From a virus: a DNA stretch of 33,698 bases. The stretch covers positions 1 to 33,698 of the IMG/VR virus record IMGVR_UViG_3300007152_000001. The stretch is one strand, 5' to 3'. Of the stretch, positions 32,558 to 33,698 are shown one piece after another (the stretch's first letter is position 1; each line of letters begins with the position of its first letter). The translations under genes and the position numbers were made by a program. The notes below the pieces were generated by a model, which searched no databases, was not told the DNA's origin, and worked only from the letters and a program-made list of their open reading frames with translations.

Positions 32558-32601
32558 AATAAGAATTCCAGTCCTTAAATTGGTGGGGGCTTGGGCGGAC
32601 T

Positions 32602-32647
32602 GGATAGAGATTACCCTCTACCCCCATATAAACTATTACCTCTATCC
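32602..32647. promoter_or_regulatory. Operator-like repeats upstream of the initiator gene
   Basis: GGATAGAG (32602-32609) is inverted with CTCTATCC (32640-32647). Direct repeat ATTACC(C)TCTA at 32610-32620 and 32635-32644. Confidence 0.35.
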
Positions 32648-32723
32648 ACCAACAAGTAAACCACACTAAATTGCATACATCAAACACAAAAATAATAAAA
32701 ATTCAGGTGTGTTGCATAAAAGC

Positions 32724-32744
32724 AAAAAGGGGCAATTAAGCCCC
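32724..32744 (-). terminator. Rho-independent terminator after the 49-aa gene
   Basis: Minus strand reads GGGGC-ttaatt-GCCCC followed by TTTTTGCTTTT. Confidence 0.75.
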
Positions 32745-32894
32745 TCATTTCGTTAGTTCGGCAAAGGTTACACCAGTTTGGTAAACCGTACCCTCAAAGA
32801 CAACATTGTCGTTTTGGTCGTAAACAACAGCGTGGTCTAGCTTGGTGTGCTTCCATAGTGAAAAGCCACGTTTTTCGCATACTTTAACAAGCAT
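32745..32894 (-). CDS. Small protein (49 aa) in its own transcription unit, below the ORF-track cutoff
   Basis: AGGAG RBS. Product MLVKVCEKRGFSLWKHTKLDHAVVYDQNDNVVFEGTVYQTGVTFAELTK. Promoter upstream and terminator downstream. Confidence 0.5.
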   Translation of the reverse strand: MLVKVCEKRGFSLWKHTKLDHAVVYDQNDNVVFEGTVYQTGVTFAELTK

Positions 32895-32933
32895 GTTAAC
32901 TCCTAAAAGGTAAGTAAGATTTAAGGTGTTTTG

Positions 32934-32961
32934 ATTGTACTATAAACCACGAATTGTGCAA
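32934..32961 (-). promoter_or_regulatory. Candidate sigma70 promoter TTGCAC-16-TACAAT
   Basis: Hexamers are the complement of 32956-32961 and 32934-32939. They lie about 40 nt upstream of the 49-aa gene. Confidence 0.5.
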
Positions 32962-32994
32962 ATTTTGATTTATAGGAATACGGTCTATAAATCA

Positions 32995-33015
32995 TGTGGA
33001 TAAACCTGTGGATAA
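32995..33015 (-). promoter_or_regulatory. Two tandem consensus DnaA boxes (TTATCCACA on the minus strand)
   Basis: TGTGGATAA at 32995-33003 and at 33007-33015 on the plus strand. Both are perfect 9-mers. Confidence 0.7.
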
Positions 33016-33212
33016 CTTCGGCAAAAATATCGGCAAAGGCTTTCGGCGAGGTCTTATAAATAAGGCGCAAGTCCATGTAAAGACTTAAACATAAGACACA
33101 AAAATACGACATAACCAACAGCCAGTTGCATGAAGTTTAGTTTAAAATTGTGCTGTTTTATTTACTATAAGTAAAGAAATTGACACCAAAATAAACCCGC
33201 TCGGTATGATTA

Positions 33213-33242
33213 GCGTGATTTTTTGTGGATATTGCGTGATTT
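33213..33242. promoter_or_regulatory. Near-consensus DnaA box (TGTGGATAT, 33224-33232) flanked by direct repeats GCGTGATTT
   Basis: GCGTGATTT at 33213-33221 and 33234-33242. Confidence 0.35.
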
Positions 33243-33260
33243 ATTCCCGTTCGGGTTGAT

Positions 33261-33292
33261 AAAAAGCCCCTAGCATTGGCGTGCTAAAGGCT
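33261..33292 (-). terminator. Candidate terminator of the late/moron transcript, with a hairpin usable on both strands
   Basis: AGCC/GGCT and TAGCA/TGCTA stems (33265-33292). Followed by a five-T run on the minus strand, and by TATTT on the plus strand. Confidence 0.4.
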
Positions 33293-33539
33293 TATTTGGA
33301 AACTAAACTTTCTTACCCTTTGCCGAGTGTATTGGAGTACATCACGGCATGCTTAGTTAACTCACTTTTATTTCCAATTATTGTGTGACCCTGACAAGCT
33401 ACTAGACACTTCCGATGTCTTGTCAGAACCGTCACCCATAAGTAACGTAAGGACTAAAGCTAGAACCCTGTCTAGTGGTATCCTAACCAACCGCCGCCAA
33501 ACTTCTCCGTGTTAGCCACACTAAATAACAATACCACAA

Positions 33540-33698
33540 TCAGCAATCAAAGCAAGGATTAACCAACTCACGCTTGAAAGGCTTGTGCGTACCGTCTTCC
33601 AGCATGACGTATATTTCACCGTCATCTAGTGCGTCCACCTCGGCAATGCCTGACTGCATACCGTTGAAATTGTCTTTGTCGTATACTAGGACGTGACA
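33540..33698 (-). CDS. C-terminal part of the junction-spanning 65-aa gene (same gene as 1-138)
   Basis: TGA stop is the complement of 33540-33542. In frame with 1-138 once the 99-bp duplication is collapsed. Confidence 0.5.
   Translation of the reverse strand, partial: CHVLVYDKDNFNGMQSGIAEVDALDDGEIYVMLEDGTHKPFKRELVNPCFDC
33600..33698. repeat. Second copy of the 99-bp terminal repeat
   Basis: Identical to 1-99. Confidence 0.95.

Noticed and set aside
32921-33118. 65-aa minus-strand ORF in the large intergenic region
   Set aside because: It has no RBS, and its translation is hydrophobic and Tyr/Phe/Ile-rich. It overlaps the DnaA boxes and the TTGCAC-16-TACAAT promoter, so it is most likely a chance ORF in A+T-rich regulatory DNA.
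33180-33292. Possible plus-strand small RNA: TTGACA (33180-33185), a 19-nt spacer, TATGAT (33205-33210), then the hairpin at 33265-33292 followed by TATTT
   Set aside because: The 19-bp spacer is at the unfavourable extreme for sigma70. The U-tract after the hairpin is poor on the plus strand, and the same hairpin works better as a minus-strand terminator. It is kept only as a note inside the intergenic-region finding.
33470-33520. tRNA-like 3' end (...aaccaaccgccgccaaac) and a D-loop-like TTGGTTAGG on the opposite strand
   Set aside because: I could not build a cloverleaf on either strand. There is no acceptor-stem partner and no GTTCRANNC T-loop. The only candidate anticodon hairpin has a 6-nt loop.
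1-33698. Search for lysogeny or mobile-element functions (integrase, CI/Cro pair, excisionase, transposase, partition genes), tRNAs, and toxin-antitoxin or retron/DGR reverse transcriptases
   Set aside because: No ORF shows tyrosine- or serine-recombinase, DDE, ParA/ParB or reverse-transcriptase motifs on reading the translations. The small HTH proteins (20495-20737, 23878-24066) are too generic to call repressors. Lifestyle therefore remains undetermined, though it is probably virulent.

Overview
The window is one complete, circularly closed tailed-phage genome. Bases 1-99 are identical to 33600-33698, and a small minus-strand gene is split by that junction. Every convincing gene is on the minus strand, mostly joined by ATGA/GTGA/TAATG start-stop overlaps. 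The plus-strand ORFs in the track look like antisense shadows.

Reading the minus strand from high to low coordinates:
- About 650 bp of intergenic control region with two tandem consensus DnaA boxes.
- A stand-alone 49-aa gene with its own promoter and terminator.
- A replication module: a winged-helix initiator carrying 22-bp iterons inside its own gene, a DnaB-type helicase and a VRR-NUC nuclease.
- A long run of small early genes and a recombination module (Erf, NinB-like, SSB).
- About 410 nt of noncoding, highly self-complementary sequence.
- A short beta-clamp-like protein, an Hfq-like protein and a small HTH protein.
- The late genes: TerS, TerL, head-tail connector proteins, and a lambda-like tail (major tail protein, G/GT chaperone with an A_AAA_AAG slip site, tape measure, M/L/K-like proteins, an I-J fusion).
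- Only after the tail come portal, MuF-like protein, scaffold and major capsid protein.
- Then fibre/receptor-binding genes and a lysis cassette: a PAS-domain membrane protein, an M15 endolysin and a holin-like protein.
- Last, a promoter/terminator-bounded cassette encoding a zinc-ribbon metallophosphoesterase.

I saw no integrase, CI-type repressor, tRNA, CRISPR array, transposase or phage DNA polymerase.

The most unusual items are:
- The PAS sensor domain wired into the lysis cassette.
- The roughly 410-nt candidate structured RNA.
- Three copies of an early promoter fused to a conserved 7-codon mini-ORF that appears leaderless.
- The phage Hfq-like and truncated clamp-like proteins.
- The displaced head module.

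All functional calls come from motif recognition by eye and gene order. No database search was run.
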